From an uncultured Flavobacteriaceae bacterium (GTDB lineage Bacteria > Bacteroidota > Bacteroidia > NS11-12g > UBA955): 64,000 nt of DNA. Positions 1-10,383 of the stretch are shown here, piece after piece. Positions within the stretch are counted from its first letter, which is position 1. Each line of letters starts with the position of its first letter. The notes under the pieces are model-generated. The model did not search any database and was not told where the DNA came from. It saw only the letters and a list, made by a program, of their open reading frames with translations. The stretch is from the NCBI GenBank assembly GCA_964626685.1, contig CAZVJY010000010.1:1499-65498 (forward strand), in the 5' to 3' direction. Made by a program: the position numbers and the translations under genes.

Positions 1-1113
1 AACGTGGTGGTGCTGGAAAAGGAGGCCGACATTTCATCGCACCAGACCGGCAACAATAGCGGCGTAATACACTCCGGTATTTACTACAAACCCGGCAGCC
101 TGAAAGCCGAAAACTGCATCCGCGGCTACCACATGCTGCTGGATTTTTGCAAGGAAAACAACATTCCAGTAGAGCTTTGCGGCAAAGTAATCGTGGCTAC
201 AAAAGAGTCAGAAATAGCCCAACTGGAAAAAGTTTACCAGCGCGGGGTAGATAATGGTCTTGCCGGGCTGAAATACCTGACAGAAGCCGAAATCAAAGAG
301 CGTGAGCCCCATTGCATAGGCATCAAAGGTATTTTTGTGCCTCAGACAGGCATTGTGAATTACAAACTTGTTTCTGAAAAAATAGCGGCGAAGTTTATCA
401 GCCTTGGCGGACAAGTCCTCACATCTCACAAGGTTATCGGCGTGGAAGCGCAGGCGGGCCGCGTGGAGGTTATTGCCAAAAATAAAACCTTCGTATGCAA
501 ACTCATGGTAAACTGTGCCGGTCTGTATTGTGATAAAATTGCGGAAATGGCAGGTCAGAATCTGGATGTACGCATCATTCCTTTCCGCGGCGAATATTAC
601 AGTATCAAGCCGGAAAAAGCCTACCTCGTAAAGAATCTCATTTATCCTGTTCCCGATCCCAACTTCCCGTTTTTGGGTGTACATTTTACCCGCAGAATCA
701 CCGGTGAAATCGAAGCGGGTCCCAATGCCGTATTTGCTTTCCGCCGCGAGGGTTATACCCGCACGTCGTTTAAATGGTCTGAATTTTGGCAAAGTCTGTT
801 GTGGCGCGGCTTTAGAAAAGTTGCGCTGAAATATTGGAAAACCGGACTGGGCGAATATTACCGCAGTTTCTCCAAAGCAGCATTTACCAAAGCACTGCAG
901 GGGCTGGTACCCGAAATCAGGGAGGAAGACCTGGAACCGGCCGGTGCTGGCGTGCGCGCCCAGGCCTGTGACAAAGACGGCGGTCTCATCGACGATTTTT
1001 ACATTCGCGAAGCGCCCGGCTGTGTGCACGTGCTCAATGCACCCTCACCCGCGGCTACCAGCAGCCTTAGTATTGGCCAAACCATCAGCGAACTGGCCCT
1101 CAAAAACTTCTGA
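1..1113 (+). CDS. lhgO: FAD-dependent oxidoreductase, L-2-hydroxyglutarate oxidase-like (5' partial; frame is open to the window edge)
   Basis: The frame is open from nt 1; the first ORF codon is GTG, with no ATG. The protein contains 'HQTGNNSGVIHSGIYYKPGSLKA', which is typical of the LhgO/FAD-dependent oxidoreductase family. The FAD-binding N-terminus lies outside the window. Confidence 0.6.
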   Translation, partial: NVVVLEKEADISSHQTGNNSGVIHSGIYYKPGSLKAENCIRGYHMLLDFCKENNIPVELCGKVIVATKESEIAQLEKVYQRGVDNGLAGLKYLTEAEIKEREPHCIGIKGIFVPQTGIVNYKLVSEKIAAKFISLGGQVLTSHKVIGVEAQAGRVEVIAKNKTFVCKLMVNCAGLYCDKIAEMAGQNLDVRIIPFRGEYYSIKPEKAYLVKNLIYPVPDPNFPFLGVHFTRRITGEIEAGPNAVFAFRREGYTRTSFKWSEFWQSLLWRGFRKVALKYWKTGLGEYYRSFSKAAFTKALQGLVPEIREEDLEPAGAGVRAQACDKDGGLIDDFYIREAPGCVHVLNAPSPAATSSLSIGQTISELALKNF

Positions 1114-1730
1114 TGTCTGAGAAGCAACAATTGCTGGCCGTTCTGAAGAAGTACCTGCCTTTGGGTACCGAGGAATACGCCACTGAACTGTTGCTGCGCC
1201 ACCGCATTCATTTGCATATTAAGCGCCCGCGCCAAACCAAATACGGCGATTATCGTCCGCCTGCGGCCGGCGAAAACCACCGTATCAGCGTAAATAAGGA
1301 TTTAAACCCGTATGCCTTTCTCATCACCTTTCTGCACGAGGTCGCGCACTTGCTGAATTTTGAAAAACACCGGGGCCGCGTACAGCCTCATGGGCAGGAG
1401 TGGAAGTGGTTTTTCCGCGAGGTAAGTACACCCGTTTTTCATGAAAATGTGTTGCCGCAGGATGTACACCAATCTCTCAATACGTATCTGTCAAACCCCA
1501 AAGCCAGCAGTTGCAGTAGTCCGCAGCTGGTGCGTACCCTGCGCAAATACGATGCAGATACCACCTTTGTGCTGGTGGAGGAGGTGCCCGCCAATACATC
1601 CTTTGAAACCAAAGACGGGCGCATCTTTGTGAAAGGCGAACGTATGCGCACCCGATACCGCTGCGTGGAATCGGCCACCGGAAAGGTTTTTCTGGTTCCC
1701 GGTCTTATGCAGTGCCGTTTGAAAATATAA
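1113..1730 (+). CDS. SprT-like zinc metallopeptidase family protein
   Basis: A HExxH motif (FLHEVAHLL) sits in a SprT-like N-terminal domain. The ATG overlaps the upstream TGA (tgATGtc). Confidence 0.55.
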   Translation: MSEKQQLLAVLKKYLPLGTEEYATELLLRHRIHLHIKRPRQTKYGDYRPPAAGENHRISVNKDLNPYAFLITFLHEVAHLLNFEKHRGRVQPHGQEWKWFFREVSTPVFHENVLPQDVHQSLNTYLSNPKASSCSSPQLVRTLRKYDADTTFVLVEEVPANTSFETKDGRIFVKGERMRTRYRCVESATGKVFLVPGLMQCRLKI

Positions 1731-1768
1731 TCACGTCTTTGGGTTTGTTTAATTAGTTTTGCTGTGCA

Positions 1769-2485
1769 ATGTCAATACTTTCCATTGTTATTCCGGCCTA
1801 TAACGAAGGCAGAACCATACACTTGATTCTGGATAGGGTAAAGGCGGTTTCGCTCCGCGACAATATTGCCAAAGAGGTCATCATTGTTAACGATTGCTCC
1901 AGGGACAATACCGAGGAAGCCATTCAGGCCTATATGGGAAACAACCCGGAATTGAATATTCAATATTACAAACACGAGGTTAACCAGGGAAAAGGGGCTG
2001 CATTGCACACAGGTATTCAGAAAGCTACCGGCGATTTTGTTATCATTCAGGATGCCGATCTGGAATATGATCCCAACGAATACAACATACTGCTGCAGCC
2101 CATCCTGGAAGGGTTTGCGGATGTTGTTTACGGAAGCCGTTTTATGGGTGGAAATCCCCACCGCATATTATTTTTCTGGCACTCCATTGGCAATAAAATG
2201 CTCACTTTCCTGTCAAACATGTTTACCAACCTGAACCTTACCGACATGGAAACCTGCTACAAATTGTTTCGCCGAGAGATTATTCAGGGTGTTCAGCTGA
2301 AGGAAAAGCGCTTTGGTTTTGAGCCTGAGGTTACCGCCAAAGTGTCACGTGTTCCCAAAGTACGCATCTATGAAGTGGGCATCAGCTATTACGGACGTAC
2401 TTACGAGGAAGGCAAGAAGATTGGCTGGAAAGACGGTTTCAGGGCCATCTGGTGTATTTTGAAATACAATATTTTTAGTAAGTAA
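1769..2485 (+). CDS. Family 2 glycosyltransferase (dolichol-phosphate mannosyltransferase-like)
   Basis: N-terminal 'SIVIPAYNE' and the '[11 protein letters not shown]' (DxD) motif are typical of GT2. The ATG start was verified. Confidence 0.8.
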   Translation: MSILSIVIPAYNEGRTIHLILDRVKAVSLRDNIAKEVIIVNDCSRDNTEEAIQAYMGNNPELNIQYYKHEVNQGKGAALHTGIQKATGDFVIIQDADLEYDPNEYNILLQPILEGFADVVYGSRFMGGNPHRILFFWHSIGNKMLTFLSNMFTNLNLTDMETCYKLFRREIIQGVQLKEKRFGFEPEVTAKVSRVPKVRIYEVGISYYGRTYEEGKKIGWKDGFRAIWCILKYNIFSK

Positions 2486-2523
2486 ATCTTGAGATTCTTA
2501 TCGCTGTAGGTTTTTAGGTGGGT

Positions 2524-4080
2524 ATGAGCAACACAAAACACGCAGTGATTATAGGAGCCGGGCCCGCAGGGCTCACAGCCGCCTACGAATTGCTTTCGCG
2601 CAGCAAAGACTATGAAGTAACGGTGCTGGAATCATCCACGTACATGGGCGGTATTTCGCGTACCGTGAACTATAAGGGAAACCGCATGGATATTGGCGGA
2701 CATCGTTTTTTTAGTAAAAGCGACCGCGTAATGCAATGGTGGCTGTCGATGATGCCGCTGGAAAAAGGGGCTTCCCACGCCCACATCCATTACCACGGCA
2801 AAGAGACCGAGGTGGCAGGCAAGGAGGCCGATCCCGAAAAAACGCAGTTGGTGATGCTGTTAAGAAACCGCCTGTGCCGAATTTATTTTCTGGGTAAATT
2901 CTTCAGCTATCCGGTTTCGCTGAACCTGCAAACCCTCAGAAACCTGGGATTGTTGCGTGTGTTTAAAATTGTATTCAGCTATGCTGCCATACGCTTGTTT
3001 CCGCGCAAACCCGAGGTTACCCTGGAAGACTTTATCATCAACCGTTTTGGCAAGGAATTATACCTCACGTTTTTCAAGGATTACACGGAGAAAGTTTGGG
3101 GGTTCAAGTGCCATGAAATAGCCAAGGACTGGGGTGCACAGCGCGTAAAAGGGTTGTCGGTGAGCAAGGCCATGGCACACGCGTTTAAGCAGATACTGGG
3201 CCGCAAAAAGCCGGTGAATATTGGGCAGAAAGACACCGAAACATCCCTCATTGAAAAGTTTCTGTATCCCAAGCTGGGGCCTGGACAAATGTGGGAGCGC
3301 GTGGCCGAAAAAGTGCAGAAGATGGGCGGTGTCATTTTAACCGAACACACTGTGATGAAATTGGATGGATCGCCAGAGGGAATTGGATCAGTTTGGGTGA
3401 AAAATGCAAACGGTGAGTCACTAGAATTCAAAGCAGACCTGGTTTTTAGCACCATGCCTGTGAAGGATCTGTTTGAGTCATTTTCATTTGAAACCGACGA
3501 AAAGATAAAGAGCATCGCCACAGCGCTTCCTTACCGTGATTTTATCACGGTGGGATTGCTATGCAAAAAGCTGAAACCGAGAATGCTGCAGGACAACTGG
3601 ATTTATATACAGGAAAGGGGTGTAAACATCGGGCGATTGCAGATTTTTAATAACTGGAGTCCGTATCTGGTGGCCGATGGCCAAACCGTGTGGCTGGGGC
3701 TGGAATATTTCTGCAACGAAGGCGATGCTCTGTGGAGCTTGTCTGATGCGGATTTCAAAGCCATGGCGGTTCGTGAAATGGAATCAATCGGATTGCTGGA
3801 TGCAGCAGATGTTTTGGACAGCACCCTTATCCGTATGCCCAAGACCTATCCGGCTTATACAGGTTCCTACAGCGAATTTTCGCAGGTGATTGCGTATATA
3901 AACAGGGTGCAGAATCTCTTTCTCATTGGCAGAAACGGCATGCACAAATACAACAACAGTGACCACAGCATGCTCACGGCGATGACGGCGGTAGACAATA
4001 TTTTAGCCGGTATCAAAAGCAAGGAAAACCTCTGGCAAATCAATACCGAAGAGGAGTACCACGAGGCGAAGACCGAATGA
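2524..4080 (+). CDS. NAD(P)/FAD-dependent oxidoreductase (amine-oxidase/UDP-galactopyranose-mutase-like fold)
   Basis: Rossmann motif '[17 protein letters not shown]' near the N-terminus. The ORF-track start at 2518 is GTG; the in-frame ATG at 2524 (MSNTKH...) is preferred. Confidence 0.7.
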   Translation: MSNTKHAVIIGAGPAGLTAAYELLSRSKDYEVTVLESSTYMGGISRTVNYKGNRMDIGGHRFFSKSDRVMQWWLSMMPLEKGASHAHIHYHGKETEVAGKEADPEKTQLVMLLRNRLCRIYFLGKFFSYPVSLNLQTLRNLGLLRVFKIVFSYAAIRLFPRKPEVTLEDFIINRFGKELYLTFFKDYTEKVWGFKCHEIAKDWGAQRVKGLSVSKAMAHAFKQILGRKKPVNIGQKDTETSLIEKFLYPKLGPGQMWERVAEKVQKMGGVILTEHTVMKLDGSPEGIGSVWVKNANGESLEFKADLVFSTMPVKDLFESFSFETDEKIKSIATALPYRDFITVGLLCKKLKPRMLQDNWIYIQERGVNIGRLQIFNNWSPYLVADGQTVWLGLEYFCNEGDALWSLSDADFKAMAVREMESIGLLDAADVLDSTLIRMPKTYPAYTGSYSEFSQVIAYINRVQNLFLIGRNGMHKYNNSDHSMLTAMTAVDNILAGIKSKENLWQINTEEEYHEAKTE

Positions 4081-5113
4081 TTTCGGCTTCCTGCTGCATT
4101 TTAAGCAAATCCTTTAACCGAACACGGGCAGTCGTTTTTCCGGCCAGCCAAAGTGAATTGCCGCGGATGCTGCAGACATTAAAGCCTTTCAGATAAATGA
4201 GCGGTTTCCAGTTTTTGCCGCCATCGGTGCTGTAATCGCTGCCATTGGGGCCTGTGCAAATCCATATTTTGCCACGCTTGTGTGTGCAAACCCCACTGCG
4301 GTAGCCATTGGGCATGGTGTGGCAAGGGATCCAGGTGCGGCCGCCATCATTGGTGTAGCATGCGGTGCTATCCTTCTCATTGGGTTTGTAGAATGAACCA
4401 CCCACGGCCACCCCGGTTTTATTCCGGTGCAGGTAAAATCCGTAGGCGCCACCGGCCTTTTGCTGTTTGAATGGCAATTGGCTGCGAAAACGAATAAGAT
4501 TTCCGGAAACGCTGATAAACATACTCTTCTCATCCAGGATGGGAATGGCGCAGTAGCTGTATTTTCCGGTCCACTGCACATTGCTGCCCGATGCCGCAAA
4601 ATATGAGGAGGTGCTGTCGGGTTCGAACCCTTTTTTGTAATAGCTTTCGCGGTCTTTGGCAAAAATTCTGAAGGCTTTCAGCGAGTCATTTTTCAGCACG
4701 TTTTCTGACCGGATTTGGTACATTTTTTGCTGCAAAATGCCGTCTCCCACCAGAATTAGTTTGCCCTTGTAAATATCCATGGCATCAAAAAAACTCCCGG
4801 GTCGGTAATCGCGGTAAATTTCCTTCCAGGTTTTTCCGCCATCGTGGGTGATGAGTACTACGCCGCTGTCGCCGCTGCTCATGGCCACGGCTGTTTTGCG
4901 GTTGAAGGCATGAATATCGCGAAAATCTCTGGCAGCAAAGCTTCTTGGATTGAGGGTGTCCCAGTTTTTGCCGCCGTCAACCGTTCGGAGAATGCTGCCT
5001 TTGCTACCCGAAATCCAGGCTGTTTTGCAGTTAACAACGGAAAGTCCACGGTAACTTTGAGCATGGGAGAGACCAGCGCATGAGAGGAAAAGAATTAAAC
5101 CTAAGGACCGCAT
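4040..5113 (-). CDS. Secreted BNR/Ycf48-like repeat protein (photosystem II stability/assembly factor-like beta-propeller)
   Basis: Four SxDxGxxW BNR-type repeats ([32 protein letters not shown]). The signal peptide is [19 protein letters not shown]. The ORF-track start at 5122 is TTG; the ATG at 5113 is preferred. The 3' end overlaps the convergent upstream CDS by 41 bp. Confidence 0.6.
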   Translation of the reverse strand: MRSLGLILFLSCAGLSHAQSYRGLSVVNCKTAWISGSKGSILRTVDGGKNWDTLNPRSFAARDFRDIHAFNRKTAVAMSSGDSGVVLITHDGGKTWKEIYRDYRPGSFFDAMDIYKGKLILVGDGILQQKMYQIRSENVLKNDSLKAFRIFAKDRESYYKKGFEPDSTSSYFAASGSNVQWTGKYSYCAIPILDEKSMFISVSGNLIRFRSQLPFKQQKAGGAYGFYLHRNKTGVAVGGSFYKPNEKDSTACYTNDGGRTWIPCHTMPNGYRSGVCTHKRGKIWICTGPNGSDYSTDGGKNWKPLIYLKGFNVCSIRGNSLWLAGKTTARVRLKDLLKMQQEAEIIRSSPRGTPLRY

Positions 5114-5199
5114 TTTAGGCAACGAAAATACGGGCTTGCAGATATTGTGTAAAAACCGGTTGTGTTTTTTCCTTGTTTATCGTGAAATTGCAGTCGTAA

Positions 5200-5988
5200 A
5201 TGATGAATCCGATAAAAACCATTCAGGACTATCTGAACGCCGGAGAAATACCCGAAATTTTGTTTTGGGTGGGATGTGCCGGAAGCTTTGATGAGCGTGC
5301 ACAGCGTGTTTCAAAAGCCTTCGCGTCCATATTGCAAAAAGCGGACATAAAATTCGCCATACTGGGCACTGAAGAAGGCTGCACAGGCGATCCAGCCAAG
5401 CGCGCAGGCAATGAGTTTCTGTTTCAGATGCAGGCTATGCAAAACATTGAATTGATGAATGGGTATGGTATTCAAAAAATAGTAACTGCTTGCCCACATT
5501 GCTTCAATACGCTGAAAAACGAATATCCCGCGCTGGGCGGCAACTACGAGGTTATACACCATACGCAGTTTATCAATCAGCTGCTGGATGAAGGCCGCCT
5601 TGCCATTGAAGGCGGACCGTTTAAAGGAAAGAAAATAACCTATCACGACAGCTGTTATCTGGGCCGTGCCAACGGCGTGTATGAAGCACCCCGCATGGTG
5701 ATTGAGCGCCTGGATGCGGATCTGGTAGAACTGAAACGCTGCCGTACCAACGGATTGTGCTGCGGTGCCGGAGGCGCGCAGATGTTTAAAGAAGCCGAAG
5801 CGGGCAAAAAAGAAGTGAATGTGGAACGTACGGAAGATGTGCTGGAGTCCGGTGCTTCGGTGCTGGCTGTGAACTGCCCCTTCTGCATGACCATGCTGCG
5901 CGACGGAACCAAGCACTTTGAAAAGGAAAATGAGATTCAGGTACTGGATATTGCCGAACTGGTAGATCAAAGCACCGCCAATACATGA
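5200..5988 (+). CDS. (Fe-S)-binding protein with cysteine-rich CCG domains (GlpC/LutA/HdrD-like)
   Basis: CCG-type cysteine motifs are present (GCAGSFDE...; TACPHCFNTL; CCGAGG; NCPFCMTML). Confidence 0.7.
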   Translation: MMNPIKTIQDYLNAGEIPEILFWVGCAGSFDERAQRVSKAFASILQKADIKFAILGTEEGCTGDPAKRAGNEFLFQMQAMQNIELMNGYGIQKIVTACPHCFNTLKNEYPALGGNYEVIHHTQFINQLLDEGRLAIEGGPFKGKKITYHDSCYLGRANGVYEAPRMVIERLDADLVELKRCRTNGLCCGAGGAQMFKEAEAGKKEVNVERTEDVLESGASVLAVNCPFCMTMLRDGTKHFEKENEIQVLDIAELVDQSTANT

Positions 5989-6479
5989 GTTTATCGCACT
6001 TGGCTCCCGGCTCACGCGTATGGTTTTTTATCGCCGACAAGTTCCTGACGGAAGCTGAGGCAACGCAGCTGAGCGAGGCCATAAGCGAATTTGTAAGTAG
6101 CTGGAAATCGCACGGAAGCGCACTTTCAGCGGGTTTTGAAATCCATTGGAATGCCCTTCTGACCGTGGCGGTAGATGAAACCATAGAGGCGCCTTCAGGA
6201 TGCAGTATAGACAAGATTTTTAGGCTGTTGAATGATTTTTCGGCAGCAACCGGTATTGATTTCATGAATAGACTGCTTATGTTGGTTCCTCAGCCTGATG
6301 GGACAGCGCATATTTATAACCGAGAATCGGCCGCGCATGCCATCAATGGCGGTGAATTGCAGGAAAACACATCCGTTGTGAATGTGATGCATGCCCGGCT
6401 GAGGGATTTTACCGACAATCCGCTTCAGCCTTTCCGGGATCACTGGATGGGCAAACAGCTTCTCAAACAAAACGCATGA
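5985..6479 (+). CDS. Conserved hypothetical protein (164 aa), translationally coupled between the Fe-S protein and the MFS transporter
   Basis: ATGA overlaps occur at both ends (5985-5988 and 6476-6479). I cannot assign a domain family from the sequence. Confidence 0.5.
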   Translation: MSLSHLAPGSRVWFFIADKFLTEAEATQLSEAISEFVSSWKSHGSALSAGFEIHWNALLTVAVDETIEAPSGCSIDKIFRLLNDFSAATGIDFMNRLLMLVPQPDGTAHIYNRESAAHAINGGELQENTSVVNVMHARLRDFTDNPLQPFRDHWMGKQLLKQNA

Positions 6480-7681
6480 AAGATAAACGCATCCTAACCC
6501 TTTTCCTTACCATTTTCATAGACCTGCTGGGCTTTGGGATCATCATTCCCATTCTGCCTGTGGTTGCCAAAAAAATGGCACTGCAATCTGGGTTGCATCT
6601 GAACGCAGATGTGGCGGTTGGCCTCACCATGGGCATATTCTCACTCATGCAGTTTCTCTTTTCTCCCATATGGGGCTCGCTGAGCGATAAAATCGGGCGC
6701 AGGCCCATTATTCTGGGTAGTATCCTGGCAACAGCCGTCGGCTATATGATGTTGGGTGTCAGCAATACCTTTTTTATTCTGTTTCTCGCGCGGCTGGTGG
6801 CCGGAATCGGCAGCGCCAACATCAGTGCGGCCCAGGCCTATATTGCCGATATCACACCTCCGCAGGAAAGGGCGAAAAAGATGGGCCTGATTGGTGCGGC
6901 ATTTGGCCTGGGATTCGTTTTTGGTCCGCCCATTGGTGGTGCTCTGTTTGCAGCCGGCGGACTGCAGTGGGTTGGTTTCGCCACTGCCGGTCTCTGTGTT
7001 TTTAACTTTGTCATGGCCTGGTTTACCCTGCCCGAAAGTTTAACCGAGAAAAATACGGAAAGGCGCTCTTTTATTTCCTCGTTTACCGGATTGAGGCATG
7101 TTTGGAAAGAGGAGGTTTTGGGTGAGCTTTTTATCATCAACGTCATATACATCGCGGCCTTCAGCATGATGCAGGTAAACGCTTCCGTGCTTTGGAGCGA
7201 GCATTATCACCTCACAGAAAAGCAGGTGGGTTACATGTTTGGATTCATTGGTGTTTGCAGCGCTGTAGTGCAGGGTGGTCTGATAGGAACCATTCAAAAA
7301 GTGGTTGGGCTGCAGCGCATGCTGCTTTTTGGTTGTCCGATTGTAGCTGTGGGTTTGTCTGTGATTCCGTTGCCGTCTCAGGATTGGTTTGTTCCGGTGC
7401 AAATCTGTGCCGTAATCTGCTTGGCCATCGGCAATGGTATGCTCATGCCTGCCATTAATTCGCTGGTTTCAGCCAATACACCTGCACACGATCAGGGCAA
7501 AACGCTGGGATTGCTGCAAAGTACAGGCTCCCTGGCGCGTTCCGTAGGTCCTGTGGTTAGCGGTTTTTTTTACAGTATGTGGTTTGTTCTGCCTTACCTG
7601 AGCGCCGGTTGTCTGATGCTTCTGGCTTTGTTGCTGGCCCTGAAATTAACCCGTAAGCTATCCCTGAATGCCCGGCTGTAG
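6476..7681 (+). CDS. MFS transporter (tetracycline-resistance/TCR-like drug:H+ antiporter family)
   Basis: About 12 predicted transmembrane helices. MFS signature 'GSLSDKIGRRPIIL' lies in loop 2-3. N-terminal 'FLTIFIDLLGFGIIIPILP' is typical of TetA-like MFS. Confidence 0.8.
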   Translation: MKDKRILTLFLTIFIDLLGFGIIIPILPVVAKKMALQSGLHLNADVAVGLTMGIFSLMQFLFSPIWGSLSDKIGRRPIILGSILATAVGYMMLGVSNTFFILFLARLVAGIGSANISAAQAYIADITPPQERAKKMGLIGAAFGLGFVFGPPIGGALFAAGGLQWVGFATAGLCVFNFVMAWFTLPESLTEKNTERRSFISSFTGLRHVWKEEVLGELFIINVIYIAAFSMMQVNASVLWSEHYHLTEKQVGYMFGFIGVCSAVVQGGLIGTIQKVVGLQRMLLFGCPIVAVGLSVIPLPSQDWFVPVQICAVICLAIGNGMLMPAINSLVSANTPAHDQGKTLGLLQSTGSLARSVGPVVSGFFYSMWFVLPYLSAGCLMLLALLLALKLTRKLSLNARL

Positions 7682-7716
7682 ATTTGTAACAATTCACTTA
7701 AAAGCGTAATTTAGCT

Positions 7717-8970
7717 ATGAAAGTTCTGCACCTGAATGCCAATAGCGCCGGTGGCGCGTTCACTGCGGCCAACAGGCTTTCTGCATCCCTGACAGATTTG
7801 GGAATACGGAGTAAACACTTGGTGTATTCAGGAATACCGGGGGATGGTTATGATCTGTGGGCAGACACACCTCTCCGAAAAGTGCGGGCATTCTTTAGCC
7901 ATGCGGCAGAGAAACTGGATTTTCTGCGTTATGAGAAGGATGCTTCCATAAGATTTGCTTTTTCCCATGGCCTTACAGGGATTGATTTAACCAAGGAGGC
8001 TGCCTTTTGCGAAGCGGATATTATTCACCTTCACTGGATCAATAAAGGATTTGTCAACTTGACCGGATTGCAGAAAATAATCAGCAGCGGAAAGCCGGTG
8101 GTATGGACCTGCCATGATATGTGGCCTTTTACCGGTGGCTGTTATCACAACCGCGGTTGCGATCACTTTAAAACCGGTTGTGGCAATTGTAAGTATTTAA
8201 AAAAGCCTTCAGATAATGATTTGTCCGCTCTTATGTTTCGTAGAAAACAGCAGGTGTTTGCACCGGAGAATTTACGGTTTGTAACGCCCAGTGCATGGCT
8301 TGCGGAGCAGGCATCATCTTCGCCTATTGCTGTTGGCAAGCAGGTTGAAGTTATACCCAATGGTATTGATACAGCGCTTTTCAGGCCGGGGAATACTGTT
8401 GACGCAAGAAAAAGACTGGGGATACCGCCCCATTCCCATGTTATTGCCTTTGCTGCAGCCAGTTTGGCCAATCCTAAAAAAGGATTTTCAGAGTTCAAGG
8501 CATTGATACATTCACTTAACAAGGCCGGGGTAGAAGGATTGCATGTGTTGCTGATTGGCGAAAACAAACACAACATCCCCCTTGATTTTCCTGTTCCACA
8601 CACATTTACAGGATACCTGACAAGAGAAGCTGATATGGTGGATTGCTATCAGGCGGCTTCGGTATATGTTACAACATCGCACGAAGAGAATCTGCCCACT
8701 ACCATCATGGAAAGTATGGCTTGTGGAACGCCGGCAGCCGCTTTTTCGGTTGGTGGTATTTCTGAGATGATTGATGACGGCAAAAATGGTTGGCTGGCCG
8801 GTTTGTTTGATATTGATTTGTTGTCAGAAAAACTGACAGGATACTTAAAAAGCGATGAATCGGAGCGGATTATGTTATGTAAAAATGCAAGAATCTGTGC
8901 TACTGAAAAATATGCTCAGTCTGTTGTGGCAGCGCAATACAAACGAATATACGAAAATCTACTTAAATAA
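7717..8970 (+). CDS. Glycosyltransferase (GT4/GT1-like, retaining GT-B fold)
   Basis: E-x7-E motif region 'SHEENLPTTIMESMACGTPAAAF' in the C-terminal half. Confidence 0.7.
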   Translation: MKVLHLNANSAGGAFTAANRLSASLTDLGIRSKHLVYSGIPGDGYDLWADTPLRKVRAFFSHAAEKLDFLRYEKDASIRFAFSHGLTGIDLTKEAAFCEADIIHLHWINKGFVNLTGLQKIISSGKPVVWTCHDMWPFTGGCYHNRGCDHFKTGCGNCKYLKKPSDNDLSALMFRRKQQVFAPENLRFVTPSAWLAEQASSSPIAVGKQVEVIPNGIDTALFRPGNTVDARKRLGIPPHSHVIAFAAASLANPKKGFSEFKALIHSLNKAGVEGLHVLLIGENKHNIPLDFPVPHTFTGYLTREADMVDCYQAASVYVTTSHEENLPTTIMESMACGTPAAAFSVGGISEMIDDGKNGWLAGLFDIDLLSEKLTGYLKSDESERIMLCKNARICATEKYAQSVVAAQYKRIYENLLK

Positions 8971-8971
8971 A

Positions 8972-8996
8972 CAAGGCAGCCACGGGGGCTGCCTTG
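8972..8996. terminator. Bidirectional hairpin terminator between the convergent glycosyltransferase and ftsZ
   Basis: caaggcagcc-acgg-gggctgccttg is a perfect 9-10 bp stem. It lies in the 54-bp gap between two convergent stop codons. Confidence 0.5.
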
Positions 8997-9024
8997 CTTA
9001 CAAACTCAAAAGTATGGCAGGTAA

Positions 9025-10365
9025 TTAATCTACATTGTCATGCAGATGTCTGTTCGGTTTTACGATGTGGTCCACTTCGTCATTTTGTTCTGAAATGGTG
9101 ATTCTAGAAATTTGGTTGTTGTCGCTGGCCGGTGCCTGAAACAAAACCTTTTCTCTTCTCAGGTAAGCGGGTGTTTCGAGCGATTCAAGCACATTTTCAC
9201 GGGTAAGACGTGAAGGTTCCAGGTTGCGGAAATGATCATGCTCTTCGATTGAATTTTGCTGGGCCTGGGGGATTTCAGGCACGGTGTCATCAAAAGATAT
9301 CGGCTGTGGAATCTTGCCAAAACCATCCTCGCTCTGAACCTCCGTATTTACAAATACTTCGGGTGCCGAAACCACGCGCTGAGGGATTACTGAAACAGGT
9401 ACTTCAAAGCCTGTGGCAATAACCGTAATGGATATTTCTTCATCGAGCCTTTCATCGTGGGTAATACCCATTTTTAGATGGGCTGTGTTCCCGGCTTCCT
9501 GCTGCAGGTATTTTTTAACCCTTGCAGTTTCACCCATCGTCGGTTCCTTGGATCCGTAGGTAATGTTTACGAGCAGGTGTTTGGCTTTATTGATGCGGGT
9601 GTCATCCAGCAAGGGGCTGTCGAGCGCCAGTTTTGCAGCTTCCTCTGCTCTGTCCGGACCTGCAGCTACACCGGTGCCCATGATGGCCCTTCCGCTGCCG
9701 GTCATGGCAGTTTGTACGTCTTTAAAGTCTACGTTGATGATACCAGCTTTAGTGATGATTTCAGCAATGCCTTTGGCAGCGGTGCAAAGAATATCATCGG
9801 CTTTGGAAAACGCAAGGCGCACAGGAAGGTCGCCGTACATCTCAACGATACGGTCATTGCTGATGGTTAGCAGCGCATCTACATGCGGCTTGAGGTTTTC
9901 AATCCCCTGCATGGCCTGCCCGATTCTGTCGGGTCCTTCGTCATCGAAAGGAATGGTAACAATGCCTACAGTGAGTATCCCCAGCTCTTTGCTCACTTGG
10001 GCAATAACGGGAGCCGCACCGGTTCCGGTTCCGCCGCCCATTCCTGCTGTAATGAATACCATTTTGGTATTGTTGCTGAGCAGGTCTTGAATCTGCTGCT
10101 GGCTTTCCAGGGCAGCCATGCGTCCCATTTCCGGTTCAGATCCGGCGCCCAGTCCTTCGGTCAGTTGCAATCCCAGCTGTATTCTGTTCGGTACCGGGCT
10201 GTCAAGCAATGCCTGCGCATCGGTGTTGCATACGTAAAATTCAACTCCCTCTATTCCCTGTCGGAACATATGGTTTACGGCATTGCTTCCGCCTCCGCCC
10301 ACGCCAATTACCTTGATAATGGCTCCTGTCATGCGGATTACATCCGGTTCAAAATGTGATGGCAT
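9025..10365 (-). CDS. ftsZ: Cell division protein FtsZ
   Basis: Tubulin signature 'GGGTGTG' and N-terminal 'IKVIGVGGGGSNAVNHM'. The start codon was verified. Confidence 0.95.
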   Translation of the reverse strand: MPSHFEPDVIRMTGAIIKVIGVGGGGSNAVNHMFRQGIEGVEFYVCNTDAQALLDSPVPNRIQLGLQLTEGLGAGSEPEMGRMAALESQQQIQDLLSNNTKMVFITAGMGGGTGTGAAPVIAQVSKELGILTVGIVTIPFDDEGPDRIGQAMQGIENLKPHVDALLTISNDRIVEMYGDLPVRLAFSKADDILCTAAKGIAEIITKAGIINVDFKDVQTAMTGSGRAIMGTGVAAGPDRAEEAAKLALDSPLLDDTRINKAKHLLVNITYGSKEPTMGETARVKKYLQQEAGNTAHLKMGITHDERLDEEISITVIATGFEVPVSVIPQRVVSAPEVFVNTEVQSEDGFGKIPQPISFDDTVPEIPQAQQNSIEEHDHFRNLEPSRLTRENVLESLETPAYLRREKVLFQAPASDNNQISRITISEQNDEVDHIVKPNRHLHDNVD

Positions 10366-10383
10366 ATCTTTATTCTTTCTTTT

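Noticed and set aside
4189-4662. 157-aa antisense-frame ORF within the Ycf48-like gene, and similar 60-100 aa ORFs throughout
   Set aside because: They are overlapping-frame shadow ORFs with no motifs. The main-frame genes are well supported.
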